This document shows, piece after piece, positions 37,270 through 50,030 of a stretch of 64,000 nucleotides of DNA (its first letter is position 1; each line of letters opens with the position of its first letter). Position numbers and translations under genes: made by a program. A model generated the notes under the pieces. It did not search any database, had not been told where the DNA came from, and saw only the letters and a program-made list of their open reading frames with translations. This DNA comes from Vicugna vicugna (taxonomy: Eukaryota): assembly GCA_013265495.1 (NCBI GenBank), contig MU058687.1:682001-746000 (forward strand), written 5' to 3'.

Positions 37270-38090
37270 CTCAGAGAGCCCCATAGGACATCAGGGCTTG
37301 GAATCTTAAAATTCATCTAGTCCAACCTTCTTCTTTTACAGATGACAAAATTGAAGCCCACAGAGGGGAAGGGAGCTGCCTGCGACAGTCTGTGTCAGAT
37401 CTGGGACCAGAACACAGGGCTCCTGACTTCCAGTCAAATGCTTTTATTCTGAGCTATTTTAAAACTTCATTCTCTTATTTTACACCCAATTACTGAGTCC
37501 TTACTATCTTGCAGGTGCTATGGGGGTGGGGAGGTGTGGAGGAAAGCAAAGAGATGAAAACAACACAATCCTTGCCTTCAAGGAGCTGTTTCCCTAGATC
37601 TGTGATTCTTGGAAAAAAAACCAAAAACAAACTGTGAGTCAGACTCTCACCCTATATTGTCCTCTATAGGTGATGATGGAAGAAGAGAAGGGGAGAGAAC
37701 CCTTTCGGCAACTCAGGATTTATAAGCTGGGCTTCACTGACTCTGGAAACCCAGGAAGGCCAAGGACAAAGAGAGCCACGGCCAGGCTGGGAGAAAAGAG
37801 GGTAAGGGTGGCAATGATCAGGTCACAGCCAGCAGGCCTGGTAGGTGGATGGAAATAGTGACAGCAGCTCACACTGGTATGGTGACATACAGTTGACAAG
37901 CCTTCAACCCCAGACATTCTTTCATTGATTCCTAAGGCAGCTCCCTGAGGTGAACAGAGCAGCTACCTTATCCCCACTTTAGGTATGAGGAAACTGAGGT
38001 TCAGAGAGCTCAGGTAACTGGCCTATAGCTGGTAAATGCCAGCGCCCAGCCAGGAACTCCTAGTCTAGTGCTCTTCCTACAACTGGCAGT
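37270..38090. mobile_element. MIR/L2 fragments
   Basis: ttttacagatgacaaaattgaagccc; atgaggaaactgaggttcagagag. Confidence 0.7.
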
Positions 38091-38951
38091 GGAGAAGTTG
38101 TGCTGGGTTGAGAGGATGAGGGTAAAGCAGTGGTCAGCCACAGGGACAGGCCAGTCTTCCTCTACGCAGTTTTATTTTGATCGCCACATTCTGCTACTCG
38201 GAGAACTCTGTTCCGAAGAACTGGAAGCACTTTGCAGGCCTGAATGAGCTCATTCAGCACACTCTTGCCAGAAAGAGGGAGGACTCCAAATGGAGATTCT
38301 GTCTAAGGTCACCAGTATTCAGTCACATAATGGAAAACAGGACTCAGGTTCCCCAACTCTGCCCTCATGCACCAAGCAGTGTGATGCAAAACCAGCCTCC
38401 TTCCATGAGAGTCAAGAGGGCCACAGAAGAAAATTGAGATATCTTCTGGTAACTCCTTCTTTCTCTGGAGAAATGGGTCTGGCCCATCCCTTGACCCATC
38501 GGCCATTTCTGGGGCAAAGAAATCTTGAGGCATCCACAGCCATCCCAGTTACCCTGATGAGCAGGCTTGAAGGAGGAGAAGGGAACTTAGTGAGGCTGGC
38601 TCAGATTTCCCTAGTGTCCCAGAACCTTGGTGGGGACTGGGGTACCAGGAGCCAGGGAGACTCATAAATTCCTCGTGGGCAGGGCGTCTCAGAGCTGCCT
38701 GAGTTCGGAGTCAAGGCCTGGTGGCGTAGGGTCAGGGTACCCAGGTGCCTGTCCGGGCCCCAGTCCCTCAGGGTCCTCCCAGCATCTCCAGCATGTAGGG
38801 AGAGGGGGAGGGTTGGACTTGGCGCGATCTCGGGCTGCCAGCAGGAAGTAAGAGCCCCCATCCCCGAGAGGGGTCCCTCTGCACTCCCCAGTTCAATCCC
38901 GGCTTGGTGCCTAGCTCTGCGCTCCCACTGCGCCCCCAGACGGCTCCTTAC

Positions 38952-39330
38952 CTGTCCCGCCGAGAACAGTCCCACCTCCTCTTCGGGGCTTGGGGGCCCG
39001 GCATGAGCTGGTGAGCGACGGTGCCCCCGCCTCGCGGCCGCGGTGAAGCTCCCAGAAGGGCGCCTGTTCTCCCGGCCCCGGGTCCCTGCCGCCGCCGCCG
39101 CCGCCGCCACCGCTTCAGCACCGCGGACAGCTCCCGCTCGCCACCCGCCGCCGCCGCCGCCACCCGCCCAGCCCGGCGCGGTCCCGGGAGCCCCGCATCA
39201 TGACCCGGCCCCGCCGCCGCCGCGCAGCCCTCAGCCCAGCCCGAGGCGGCTCCGCGCAGACTTGGGAGAGCTGCGAGGAGGGTCCCCCGCCTCCCTGCCT
39301 CCCTCCGCCGCCGCCGCCTCCCTCTCGCCT
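38952..39330 (-). other. SYNDIG1L: Probable non-coding exon 1 (5' UTR) of SYNDIG1L; 5' boundary uncertain
   Basis: Strong donor CAG|gtaagg after 38952, inside the only CpG island in the window, ~14.2 kb upstream of the exon-2 acceptor. Confidence 0.75.
39114..39134 (+). promoter_or_regulatory. RE1/NRSE (REST-binding) element
   Basis: TTCAGCACCGCGGACAGCTCC versus consensus TTCAGCACCACGGACAGCGCC: 19/21 match, with canonical spacing between half-sites. Confidence 0.9.
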
Positions 39331-39639
39331 CCGTGCTCCTTTCTACGCTCCGGAATCAGCCCACCAGGCACTCCGGACCCGCTCCGGGGTGGGGCGGGGC
39401 GGGGCGGGAAGTCGGGGGAGCCCAGAGGAGGCGGCGGAGCGAGGGGCGCGCAGCTGGAACTGGCTTCTCTGGTTCCTGGAGCTGAGACCCCTTTCCCAGC
39501 CCTTTTCCTCATCCTGTACCCGCATTCCCCCAGAAGCGATGGGCGGTGCTCCGTCTTCTTGAAGCATTTTGGAGCCCCTAGGCTCCCAAGCCCTGAGTTT
39601 TAACATTATCTGCCCTAAAAAGAAAAACAAGCAAACAAA

Positions 39640-40030
39640 AAGCACTTATTGAGCTCCACTGCATATCAGACACCATGCTGACTTTTAATGTTTTAAACAA
39701 ATACAATCTCATATAATTTTCTTAAAAACTCTATGAGGCAGCATTTTTTTTTCTATTTTACACTTAAAGATGCCAGGCTCATAGGGATTAAATTTCTTGA
39801 TTTAGAGATAACAGTGCTGTGCTGGGAAGTGCATAGGCTTTAAAGACTGTGGGCCTAAGATTTAATCCTAGAGTCTCTCTTATTAACTACATAACTTTGA
39901 ATAAGTTACTTAACCTCTCAAAGGCTTAGGTTTCTCCTTAGCAAAATGGGGGAGCTGAATCACCTCATAGGGGTCATATGAGGACAAAGTGAGGTGGCAT
40001 ATGTGACACATTGGCCCCAAATAGGCCCTC
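39640..40030. mobile_element. MIR pair directly upstream of the promoter
   Basis: cacttattgagc...; aagttacttaacctctc...gtttctcc...aaaatgggg. Confidence 0.65.
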
Positions 40031-43000
40031 AGTGGGTGAGTGTTCCCCTCAGTTCTCCCACAGGGGTACCTGGTATTCTCAGATATCAGCCAGGGTTTCC
40101 AGCTGCTTTGTCTCCCTGACTGTGCTGCTTTTTATCCAATCCCCCACCTCCGTTCCTTTTTTGAGCATGGGGATATCCTCATCTTGAGTGTTATGAGTGG
40201 ATGAGGATTTTTTTTTTTAAACAAGGTCTTGGGTCTCACCTTAGTACCAGGAAGTTGGGAGAGGAGAAGATTCTCATTTTCTGAAGGTAAATAAGGGCCT
40301 GCAATGTAAACCCAAGAGCAAACTAAAGTTGGGGCTGGGGATGGAAGGAGGCACTGAGAACCAGGCTCTGGCATTGGGAGTCCTCCCTCCCTGAGCTAAG
40401 GATACCATGACACAATGATGGGCTCCAGAACCCCCTCACTCTCGCATGAAGTGGAGTATCTGGACCAGTTTCATTTAGCTCCTAGCATGCACTGTAGGAA
40501 CTGGGAGCCCCCATCATGGAGCTTGGATTTCCTTCTCTTCAGAGATGGGCAGAGAACTCCCTAAGCCTTGTGGTCTGTCTCAGGGCTGGTACTAGTGTTT
40601 AACCTGTTGAGTGTTAAATATATTCTTGCTATTCTTGCCCCTGCCCCATTAGAGTGGAAGCCCCAAGACTGGGAAGGCTCTTGGACCACTCATCCTGAGG
40701 CCAATACAGCCGCTGCACTGACCCCTCTTCCCATAACACACACACAAGGCACTGTCCCTTGAGTCTATGTGCCCTCTTGCACCTTTGCTCCCATCTGGCC
40801 TCCCTTTCACAAGGGCTCATGGCCCCTACTTGGCCTTGGCCTTCCTCTGTTTCTCCCCTCCCTATCCTGGCTTGCTCCATGTCTGGGCTGCATACGGAAT
40901 TACTAATCAAAAGGATAATAAAAAAGCCAGTGAAGCAAAAGCTGCATATAAATTCTAAATACTAATGTTGATAATTATATGCTGTTGCCTGGTGGGAAAA
41001 CTTGAAGAAAGGCTATTGGCACCAAGAGACCCAAGTTCTAGTCTGATCTTTGCCATGAATTGGCTGTGAGACTTTAGGCAGTCACCTAATCTCCTTGGGC
41101 CTTTGCTTCCTTGGGATTCCAAGCCTCTTCCACAGCTTTGAAGAAACTGTATGGGCAGTCAGCACCTTGTGAAACTTGTGATAGAGAATGGTGGACCAAC
41201 ACAGTAGTAGAAGTTTCTTTTAGGGAAATTACCTTTAAACCTTCACAAGATATAGGGGGTGGCTCAGGAATTGAAAAATCTATAACTATGCAAAGTTTCC
41301 ATTCCATTTTCCATTCCCTTCTTTTCTTGACTGAGCATTTCCTGCTCTGTAATGATGGTCAGCTTCCCTGCTAGACCCTGAAAATACAAAGTATAAGACA
41401 TTGTCCAGGACCTTGAAGGAGTTGCCATGAAGGGGTGAGGTAGATAGACATGTTAATCAATAATTCGAACACACTGAAATAAATGCTATCATAGAGTAAG
41501 TAAAAAGAGCACAGAGAAGGAAACTGTCTGGGGTAGTCCCAGGAGGCTTCCTGGAGGAGGTGACATTTGAACTGAGTTTTATTAAAGGATGAGACACTCA
41601 TCAGGCAGGCCAGGAGAGGATGCAATTCTGGGTAGAAAGGCTGGAGTGAAGAGATACAGCTGGAGAACTGATGAGGAAGCTACAGCAGAGTCCAGGGAAG
41701 AAATGGTGAGAATGTGAATAAGGCAGACTCAGCAGGATGGGGAGCAAGGAATGGGTTTGAGACACTTCTGGAAGAGAACGGAGTGGAGAGGTTGGTTGTG
41801 GGGAAAGGGGCAAGATATCAAGGGTAACAATGGGGCCTCCTGCTCCTGGAAAGCTGATGTTACCTACGAGAGAGTACTGGGAGGGAAGCAGAGATTTCTG
41901 CTTACCCTGGGTAAGGCTGCTGAGTGCCATAAACCCCTCAGTCTCTAGGCTTTTACACTGTTTGTTTTAATTTTATTCTCTCTCTAGTGCCTAAGAAATG
42001 TCCCCCTACCACCCCCAAATCCCATCTTATCATGATTGTCTCAGGCTTGGAACAGGAGCGTTCAGTGGGACAGAGCAGCCCTGGAAGCCTTCCTGGAGGA
42101 GGCAGTAGGTAACCTAGCTGGGACCAGAGCAAAATCCATAGATAAGGGATGGAGTAGGCACTGGGTGAAAACCTTTGAAGAAAGTCCTTCATTTCTGTTC
42201 TGTTTCCCACCTCTCTGACATTCCCAAAACAGAATAACATGATGGGCTCTGTTTCTGTTGGAATCAGCTCTGGTTGCTAATCTCTTTCCACCTGGGGACT
42301 GCTCTTCATAAGCTCTTTCATACACAGACTCTTAGCTCTTTCTACAAGGGGTTGATTTGCTCACAGCATTCCCTAAGGGATGTAAATCAGCACGAAGTGT
42401 GGGGAGATCTGCTTTACTCACTACATCAATAGGCCACATATTGGAAGAGATGCTCCTCATAAGGGGAAGGCAAGCCCCATCCCCATCCTAGTGAGCTCAG
42501 TACCACCAAGTCAAGCTCATGGACAAGGCTACATGGGGTGGGGGGAGGACCCACAAAGCCCTGGGTAATGGGGTGGGTTGGGTGGTGGTGGAGAGACAGG
42601 AAGGCAAAGTGCAGGGACAAGGAGGCCTTTGAGCTGCCCATCAGCCAAATCCTACTCCCATGGACATGGCTCCAAGGAGGGGTTCATTTCTGGGCATAAA
42701 CATGACTCTGGACGCAAGAAAGAACATTGGAGATCTTCACTGCTTCTAAGTCAGGCCTTTTGGTTAGAGGCAGACCTTCCCCCACTCCTCTACCAGCAAC
42801 GGGGTCTGTAGTCTGTTTCTTAAACTTCTTTGGGGGGTTTTGAAAGTTCATTACCACTGCTGCCCACTTCTCACCATAGGAGATTGTAAAACTGAATTGT
42901 AACACACCAATTCATGCCAGGGAAAGAAGATGAAGACAATTCTCAGCACCACTCCTGTGGAACACCCTGCTCTCCCCCCAGGCACAGGCTCACTCAAGCC

Positions 43001-43690
43001 TGGAAAGGAGAATGAGTGACTTACTGCAACTTGGAGAGGCATAACCAGAGCATGAGGTGGAGGAATACAGAAACCGCGGACTGCTCGGCTCAGAACTCCA
43101 TCAGCATCAACTCTGGCATCCGCAGGCTGCCTCGGGGGATGTGAGCATTGGCTCATTGGTAGAGGAACCTGCACTGTTGGCATTTCCCCACTTTTGCAGA
43201 GCGGGAATGTGTGGGTGTATATGTATGAGGGTCTGGGGTGGGGGTAGCAGCAGTGACAAGCACACTGACCAGGTTTTTCACCTGATGCAATAATGAAAAT
43301 AAAAATGGGTGCAAGAATAAGAATCCATGATATTTGCCTTGCACTCTGCAGCTTCTGAAGCATCTGCTCAGCTGTTACCTCATTTGTTCTTCAAAAACAT
43401 GTATCATTCCCAGGTTACAGATGAGAAAAAGGGAGTCCCAGAGAAGTCAAGCAACTTCCAATTTGGAAAAAGCAGTCAGAGTTCAATAGCAGGCCAGAGG
43501 AAGAAAGACACAAGACTGATGCATGATTTTGCCTTCCCCTGGATGCTACAGCCAGCCAGGGGTCTGCAGCGGGGAGGCCTTCTATGCCTTTACCCCGAGC
43601 TGAAAAGGTACAGAATGGGCCCCTAACTCCTGCCAGGTTCTGCCTTCAAGGAGTCCTCTGAAGAGCGACATCCAGGACCTGGGACTGCTC

Positions 43691-43692
<2 letters not shown>

Positions 43693-43742
<50 letters not shown>
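43693..43742. repeat. (GT)n(GC)n microsatellite
   Basis: About 22 GT units followed by GCGCGC. Confidence 0.95.
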
Positions 43743-44628
43743 TTGCCCCAGGGGTGAATTTCTAAGTTGGGAAAGGAAAGACTTTTCTTCCTCTGTGTGT
43801 AGGAAAACACTTTCTTGTGCCTCCCTGCTGTATGTGTCTGTGTGTCTAAGGTACTGATGAGAGAAATGACCCTTCACCCCTCGCCAGATCAGGGTCTGGG
43901 GAGGCAGGAAGCTGAAAGGCAAAAGAGCTACTGATGTTAAGAAAATGTTCTTAGAGAAGCTGGAGTACTTGTTATATCCTTCAGCTCAGGGTAAGTGAGA
44001 GAGACCCATTCTGGGTCCTTGCTCTGTGTGCTTTTACCTTTGAATCCTCAAAATAATTTTAATCAAGGCTCATGACGGTTAACTTAGTGTGCCAGATTCA
44101 TATATTCTGCAAATGACAGGCAAGATTTGAAGCCAGGTCTGTCTGATGTCTAAGCTGAGCTTTTAACCCTCTCCTCCCCAGCAGCCCTACTCATCTCCAA
44201 CATCGTGTGAGGGATTGGGACATTTAATGAGGGAGCAGAAAAAGAAACAAGAGGAAACAACCTCAAAATGTAAAAAGAGCCTCTCCGGTGGAATTAGGAT
44301 GGCCCATTCTCTACTGGGTCAGGAACCTGTACTTACCAAACTTGACGGCTAAGGATTTCCATGTACTTTTTTCAGTTTGTTTCCTTTTTGTTTTGCCTTG
44401 ATTTTTCTGATGTTCCTTTTGAAGATTCTGGCCTGACTCAGATGGGCTAAGGGGACCCAGAAGGGAATGGGTGGGGGAAGGAGGAACAGTGGCAATGTAA
44501 CCCTGGGGGTGAGCAGGGTGTGCCTGCAGAGAGGAAAGTGACAAATTTTAGAATGAAACACTCCAGCTGCTGTTTCCCTTTTCCAGAACACCCACTCCCA
44601 AGCGCTCTTCTCTTCTGCTTTGGAAGGG

Positions 44629-44668
44629 GTGTGTGTGTATGTGTGTGAGAGAGAGAGAGAGAGAGAGA
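44629..44668. repeat. (GT)n(GA)n compound microsatellite
   Basis: gtgtgtgtgtatgtgtgtgagagagagagagagagagaga. Confidence 0.9.
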
Positions 44669-46570
44669 AAGGGAAAGGGACAAAAGATAGGTCCTCAGAG
44701 ACCAAGCTACTTGCAGTTGTCAGCTTCTTGATCCACCCATGGTCCCAGCAGCATTTGGGGCACCCACATGATCCCTGTCTCTTAGTGAGCACATGTTTGG
44801 CTCCATTGTAGCCTCTGTTCCATCTCTTATCCAGTCTTGATACTTGATCCTCTCCCTCTGGCTCCCAAGCCTGTTATTCCAGCACAAACCTTGGGCCCTG
44901 ACTACCCCAACACAAGAGCATTCTGCTGTGTCAGTGAGGATGCTTAACAGTGAGGGCAGTGAAGGCACACCTTGCCAGGTTTAGCACTGGAGAACTAAGG
45001 AGAGAGAAGTACAACAGATGACAGAAAGAGAGATGGACAGATGGATAGATGAAGAGATAGCTGATAGACTTTATTGAGTGCCTACCATGTGCCAGGAACT
45101 GGACTAAGAGCTTAATGAGTATTCTTTCAACGAATCATCTATTAAATCTATGAAGTAGGCATTCACTATACAGTATAAATTGTATCCATTCTCAAATAAT
45201 TTAATGGGTGCCAAGCACTGTGCTAGATGATTTACTTAGTCTTAAAAATAATCCATTTCTTTTGCATTAAGAGAACAATTAACACAGGATTCCTAGCCTT
45301 TGCCTGAGGAGAGGGGGGCCGGGCTAGTAGAAAAAACAGGAGTCTTGGCATTAGGCAGGTCCAAATGTAAATCATGATAGGTTTGTCAATACAGGTGTGT
45401 TCTTTTTTGGAAATCAATTTGGTATTGTGTATCAGGGGCTAAAGTAAATGCACTACTAGGAATTTATCCTAAGGCAATACTAATAGGTAACATTTATTGA
45501 GTAAATACTCATGCCAGGCATTGTTCTAATTGTTTAGGTGAATCATCTTATTTAATTCTAACAACAACCCCACGAAGAAGGTACTTTTATCATCCCTGTT
45601 GTACAGATGTGAAAACTGAGACATGTAATTTACCCCAGGATATGTAGCTTGTAGGGGTAGAGCCCAGATTCCAAGCTAGGCAGCCAGCCTCACTCTTCAA
45701 CTCTACGTCACACTGACTGTATAAACTTTGCACATAAAACTGGCTATTACAGTATTGATCATTGTTACAGAAAATTTGGAACACAAATAAATGTCCAAAA
45801 AACAGGGCACAGGGTAAGCAAATTTAAATACAGTGCAAGCAAATCTAAACAATGTTTTTTAAAAGTTTACAAGACCATGAGGGAAATGCTTATGTTACAA
45901 TATGAAACAGAAAAAAGTAGGTTACAAAATTGTACATAGAATATAACCACAAGTATGCAGAAAAGCCTAGAAGAGTATCCTAGGAGGAATTAAAACAAAG
46001 TGTTATTAAAGGTTATTTCTGGATGGAGGCAACCATGTGGTTCATTTAAATGTTCCTCTTTTTTCTTTTCTGCATTTTCTAAATTCTCTGCAAAGTACAT
46101 GCATGACATTAAAGTTACTTAAAAACTTAAATAAAAACAGATATTTACTGAATTGTATGATTAGTATATTGGGTGCCCTTTGAAGACCCATCTCTCTCTA
46201 TTTCATCACTCCAAGCAGGGATAATGGTGGGATTGGTGTGGGGGGGTGACCTCTCCCCCTGGCCTGCGCAGTGGGAGAATTATAGTAAATGAGGTCACAT
46301 TTCTAAAGGGTTATGTTCTCCTTATAGCTGGGTGGACTGAAGCCCTAGTGATCCTCACAGAAAAAAAAAAAGAAGGCAAAGAAGAAAGCAGCAGGGAGGA
46401 TGCAGAGAGTGAGAAACATAAGGTCAGGAGGGAAGGAGGGGACAGAGGAGACAGCCTGGGGAGGAAAGGGGAAGTGAGGAAGCAGAGCTGGAGACCCAAA
46501 AGGGTCAGGGAGCTGGTGGGGTGAGTGAATGAGTGATGAGGCAAGATAAAGAGTGAGCAGAAAGGAGGAT

Positions 46571-46627
46571 GAGAGAGAGACATAGAGAGAGAGAGAGAAA
46601 GAGAGAGAGAGAGGGAGAGAGAAAGAG
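46571..46627. repeat. (GA)n polypurine tract
   Basis: Interrupted GA repeat. Confidence 0.85.
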
Positions 46628-49018
46628 CAACCTGTAAGAGACTGAATTCTTCTCAATGCCAAAGCTCCTGTTAAGCTGCAGTGGGTTGCTCCAATGTTAC
46701 ACAAACATATCCTGCCGTTAAATGATGCTTTTGCATCTAAAGAAAGTCTTTCCCTGGGCTTGCAACTTGAATCTCTCTCCCAGCTCCCTGGCCACTCCCA
46801 GGTCCTCAAGTCTGCAGGCAAGGAAGCACCTTTCTGGGCTGTAGCCACTGCAGTTTGCCAGGGACAACTAGACCTATCTCTGCTGAAATTCATCCAGCCA
46901 GAGCTGGGAGCCTTGGTACAAATGGACATGAGTTATGATATGAACACGGCATTAACACCCAGCTGTCCCAGAACACAGTTTGCAAAGGCTGCCTAAGGCT
47001 TTTAGTTTATAGGCACTTAAAAAAAAATCATGGAACATTGTGAGAGCTGCAAGGGTCATCGGTAGAATCCACTGCAGGGAAAAAAATGAGGCCCAGAGAG
47101 GAAAGAAGAATTGGCTAAGACCAACAGCTGGCTGGCAGCAGGGGAGTCTGGGCTTCCTGATTCTTCATAAGTAGAAGAATTGTTCATAATATGAGTGAGT
47201 GATGTTTTGTGTTTTCACAGGGCTTGCTGTGAATCTAACTACCATTCTTTTACCCTCATAATATGCTCCTGAGATAGGTAACTCAGGAATAAGCTTGACA
47301 TTTGTGGGTAGAAAAGCAGCTCGGAGGGGCCATGGAATTCTCCCAGTATCTGTGGGCTGATAAATAAGGTGCTGGGTCTTAAAACTGAATCTTCTCAAGA
47401 ACGTGAGTGTGGACCACACACTTTCCTGAGGAACCTTCAGCCCCAGGAAGACAGGAGCAATGTCAATCTCTGCAGTTTGCTGGAGCCCTCAGGCAAAATT
47501 TCCTGCTTGGGGCAGCCCATCAAGTGTTAGAGGCAGAGAGTGAGTATGTTCAAGTTTCTACTGTAACATTCTGGTTTCTACCATGAAATCATCTGCATGG
47601 CTACAGTTCTGATGTGTGAGACCTTAAACCCATTATCAGTGATCATCATTGTTGAAGCATTTATTGTTTATAGGGAACAGAGTAGGTTCTGGGGATACAC
47701 AGAGATGTAAGACTTGGCCCTGGTCATCAGAAACAAGATGATTTTAACTGTGGACTAAGGCCAAATACATACAAATACAAAGAGGTACTGAGTCTGAGTT
47801 CTCAGACAGTGCCTCGCCTCTGCATGTGCTGTTCTAATGCCTTGAAATCCTCTGCAGCACCCACCTGCACATCCCTAAAATCTCAGCTCAAGTGTTTCCT
47901 CCTCAAGCATCTTTCCCCAGAATCCTCAACATGGATTGCATTGCCCTTTTCTGGCTTCTTGTAAGATTCTCTATGTTCCTCTGCTATAGCTCTCAGCACA
48001 CTGTACTTTTTTTTTTTTCAGCACACTGTACTTTTTAATCTTACTTGTTTCTTGCTTCCACTTGACTCTGAGCTTCAGGGAGGAGGATGGGGCTATATTT
48101 TTCATCCCTGGTAACTAGGCTGTACCTGACATAAGTAGACAATTAATAGATATTTGTTGACTAAACAAAAACAACCATTCTGCTTCTACTGCCTCTAGCA
48201 TATAAGCTCTAAGGGTCCCTTGCAGCTCTAACATACTGTGACTTTTTACTTGCTGGCGGAGGCATTGTTTTCTTTGAGGCTGGATGTGCCAGCACTTAGT
48301 AGTGATGGAAACCAACTCACCGCTGCCCCTCTTCTCCTCCACAGGGGCCTAATGATAATCCAAGTATGGACAACATTGGGAGCTGTGACTTACTGCACCT
48401 CCCTTTTATTAGAATGACCAGGGCTGGCAGGAGTCCACTGGGAACTTCCTGTCCACGTCTACCAAAGTCTGCCTGGTTACCTGGTTGCTGTGCAGATGAG
48501 GCTGGGAAAATCCAGTGGCTAAGCAACACCGAACACTCAGGAAAGGAAACCAGCCAGAAGTATTTGCAGATTAGAAAGGCAAGGAAACTTGATGGAAACA
48601 AACATTCAAAGTACCTGCCAGGCTTTTAATAATGTCAGAGGAGAAGAGCCAGGAACCAGCTGGAGGAAAAAGATAAGAAACACATTTATTTCCTCTGCCC
48701 AGACCACATTAACTACCTCCCCACCCCCACTCCTATACCTTGTGTTTTACTATTAGAAAACAATGGTTGCATTTCTCAGGCATGCTGCATTGTGCCAATC
48801 TCTCTCTACATCCAGGAAAACTGAGTCTAAGATGTTACCGAATTTGTTTGGCAGCCACCTTGAGGTGTGTTACTGTCTGTGGTGCTGAGTTTCTGATAGG
48901 GCCCGGAGGCCTCTGAGTCTTAGCCAGGTTTGTCTGGCCCCACAGATGACCCAGCCAATGAATGATAGGAAGCAGTGGGACCGTGGACAAGGAAGACTTG
49001 AGAGCCTGTCTGGAAAGA

Positions 49019-49352
49019 CAGGCCCTCAATATATTATCTGAAATCCTTGGAGGCAGATGTTTTTCAGAATTCAGAATTTTTCAGACTTTAACAAGGTAAT
49101 ATGGTGCATCTACTACATGTTATGTAAAGTCCTTAGTGAGATTTGGGGCAGCACCACTTAATCGAGCACATTGATATTTTCTTAGAAAAATGTATGACTA
49201 ATCGTCACAAGTGTGATCAATAAAGATGTTAAATAGCCTCATGGCAGTTCAGGGGCTTCCTTCAGATGAGTCTGTTTGCCTTGGATTCACGAAAAGCTTT
49301 TGGTCTTAGAGTGTTTTGAATTTCAGAATTTTGGTTAAGGGATTGTGATCCC
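49019..49352. mobile_element. MER46C-like TcMar-Tigger element
   Basis: cagaattcagaatttttcag near the left end and ttcagaattttggttaagggattgtg at the right end (degenerate TIRs). Confidence 0.6.
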
Positions 49353-49799
49353 ACAGTGGTTCCAGCCTTGGATTTCATCTTGGGTCAAACTGACCTGCAA
49401 AACTTCCTATGGTTGATTAAACTTTCTAAGCTTATACATTTCTTGTCTGAGGATTGGAAGCAGGGGATAGATAAGGAATGAAACTAAACCAAAGAAAAGC
49501 AGTTTGAAATATCTAGTCCTCAAACCTCCCTACCTACAAAAATTCACAAGTGTAATTTTCTTCTCAGGATAAATAGCTAATAATTCTTAAAGTATAGCTG
49601 GAGATCCTGGAAGCCTCGTGGATGGCACACAGATTGAAAAAATTAAAGGCCATTAGCTCTTCTTTCCACCCACCAGCCTGCTTGTTCCTTGACTCTAGGC
49701 AGCCTCACAACTCCTATCACACAATCATGAGCATAGCTGGAATACCTGTGATGGGGGAAGAATGTTTTGTTATCAGTGTATAAAAGTGGCTACCAGCCC

Positions 49800-50030
49800 T
49801 ATTGACTCCTATCTGCCAAGCTCAGTACTAAGTGATTAAACATTCATTATCTCTCTTATCCTTACCACTATCTGGTAAGGCAGGATTATCCCCATTTCAC
49901 AGATGAGGAAACAGGTTCACAGAGGTCAAATAACCCACCTGGAATCATAAGCAGGTAAATGGTGGAATCAGGGATTTGAACCCTGATCAGATTCCAGGAC
50001 CTACATTGCTTTACTGCTCTTACTTTGCCT
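49800..50030. mobile_element. MIR
   Basis: attatccccatttcacagatgaggaaacaggttcacagaggtcaaataac. Confidence 0.8.

Larger units (their letters stand above)
38880..39560. promoter_or_regulatory. CpG island promoter of SYNDIG1L with tandem GC boxes
   Basis: Very high GC and CpG density; GGGGCGGGGCGGGGCGGG (Sp/KLF sites) at ~39391-39408; CCG repeats. Confidence 0.9.

Noticed and set aside
38925..38946. CTCF motif near the exon-1 donor
   Set aside because: The core has mismatches at informative positions, and such matches are common in CpG islands.
38601..39603. Long Ala/Pro/Arg-rich ORFs in the CpG island as independent genes
   Set aside because: They result from stop-poor GC-rich sequence and CCG repeats. 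Most use non-ATG starts and none resembles a known domain.
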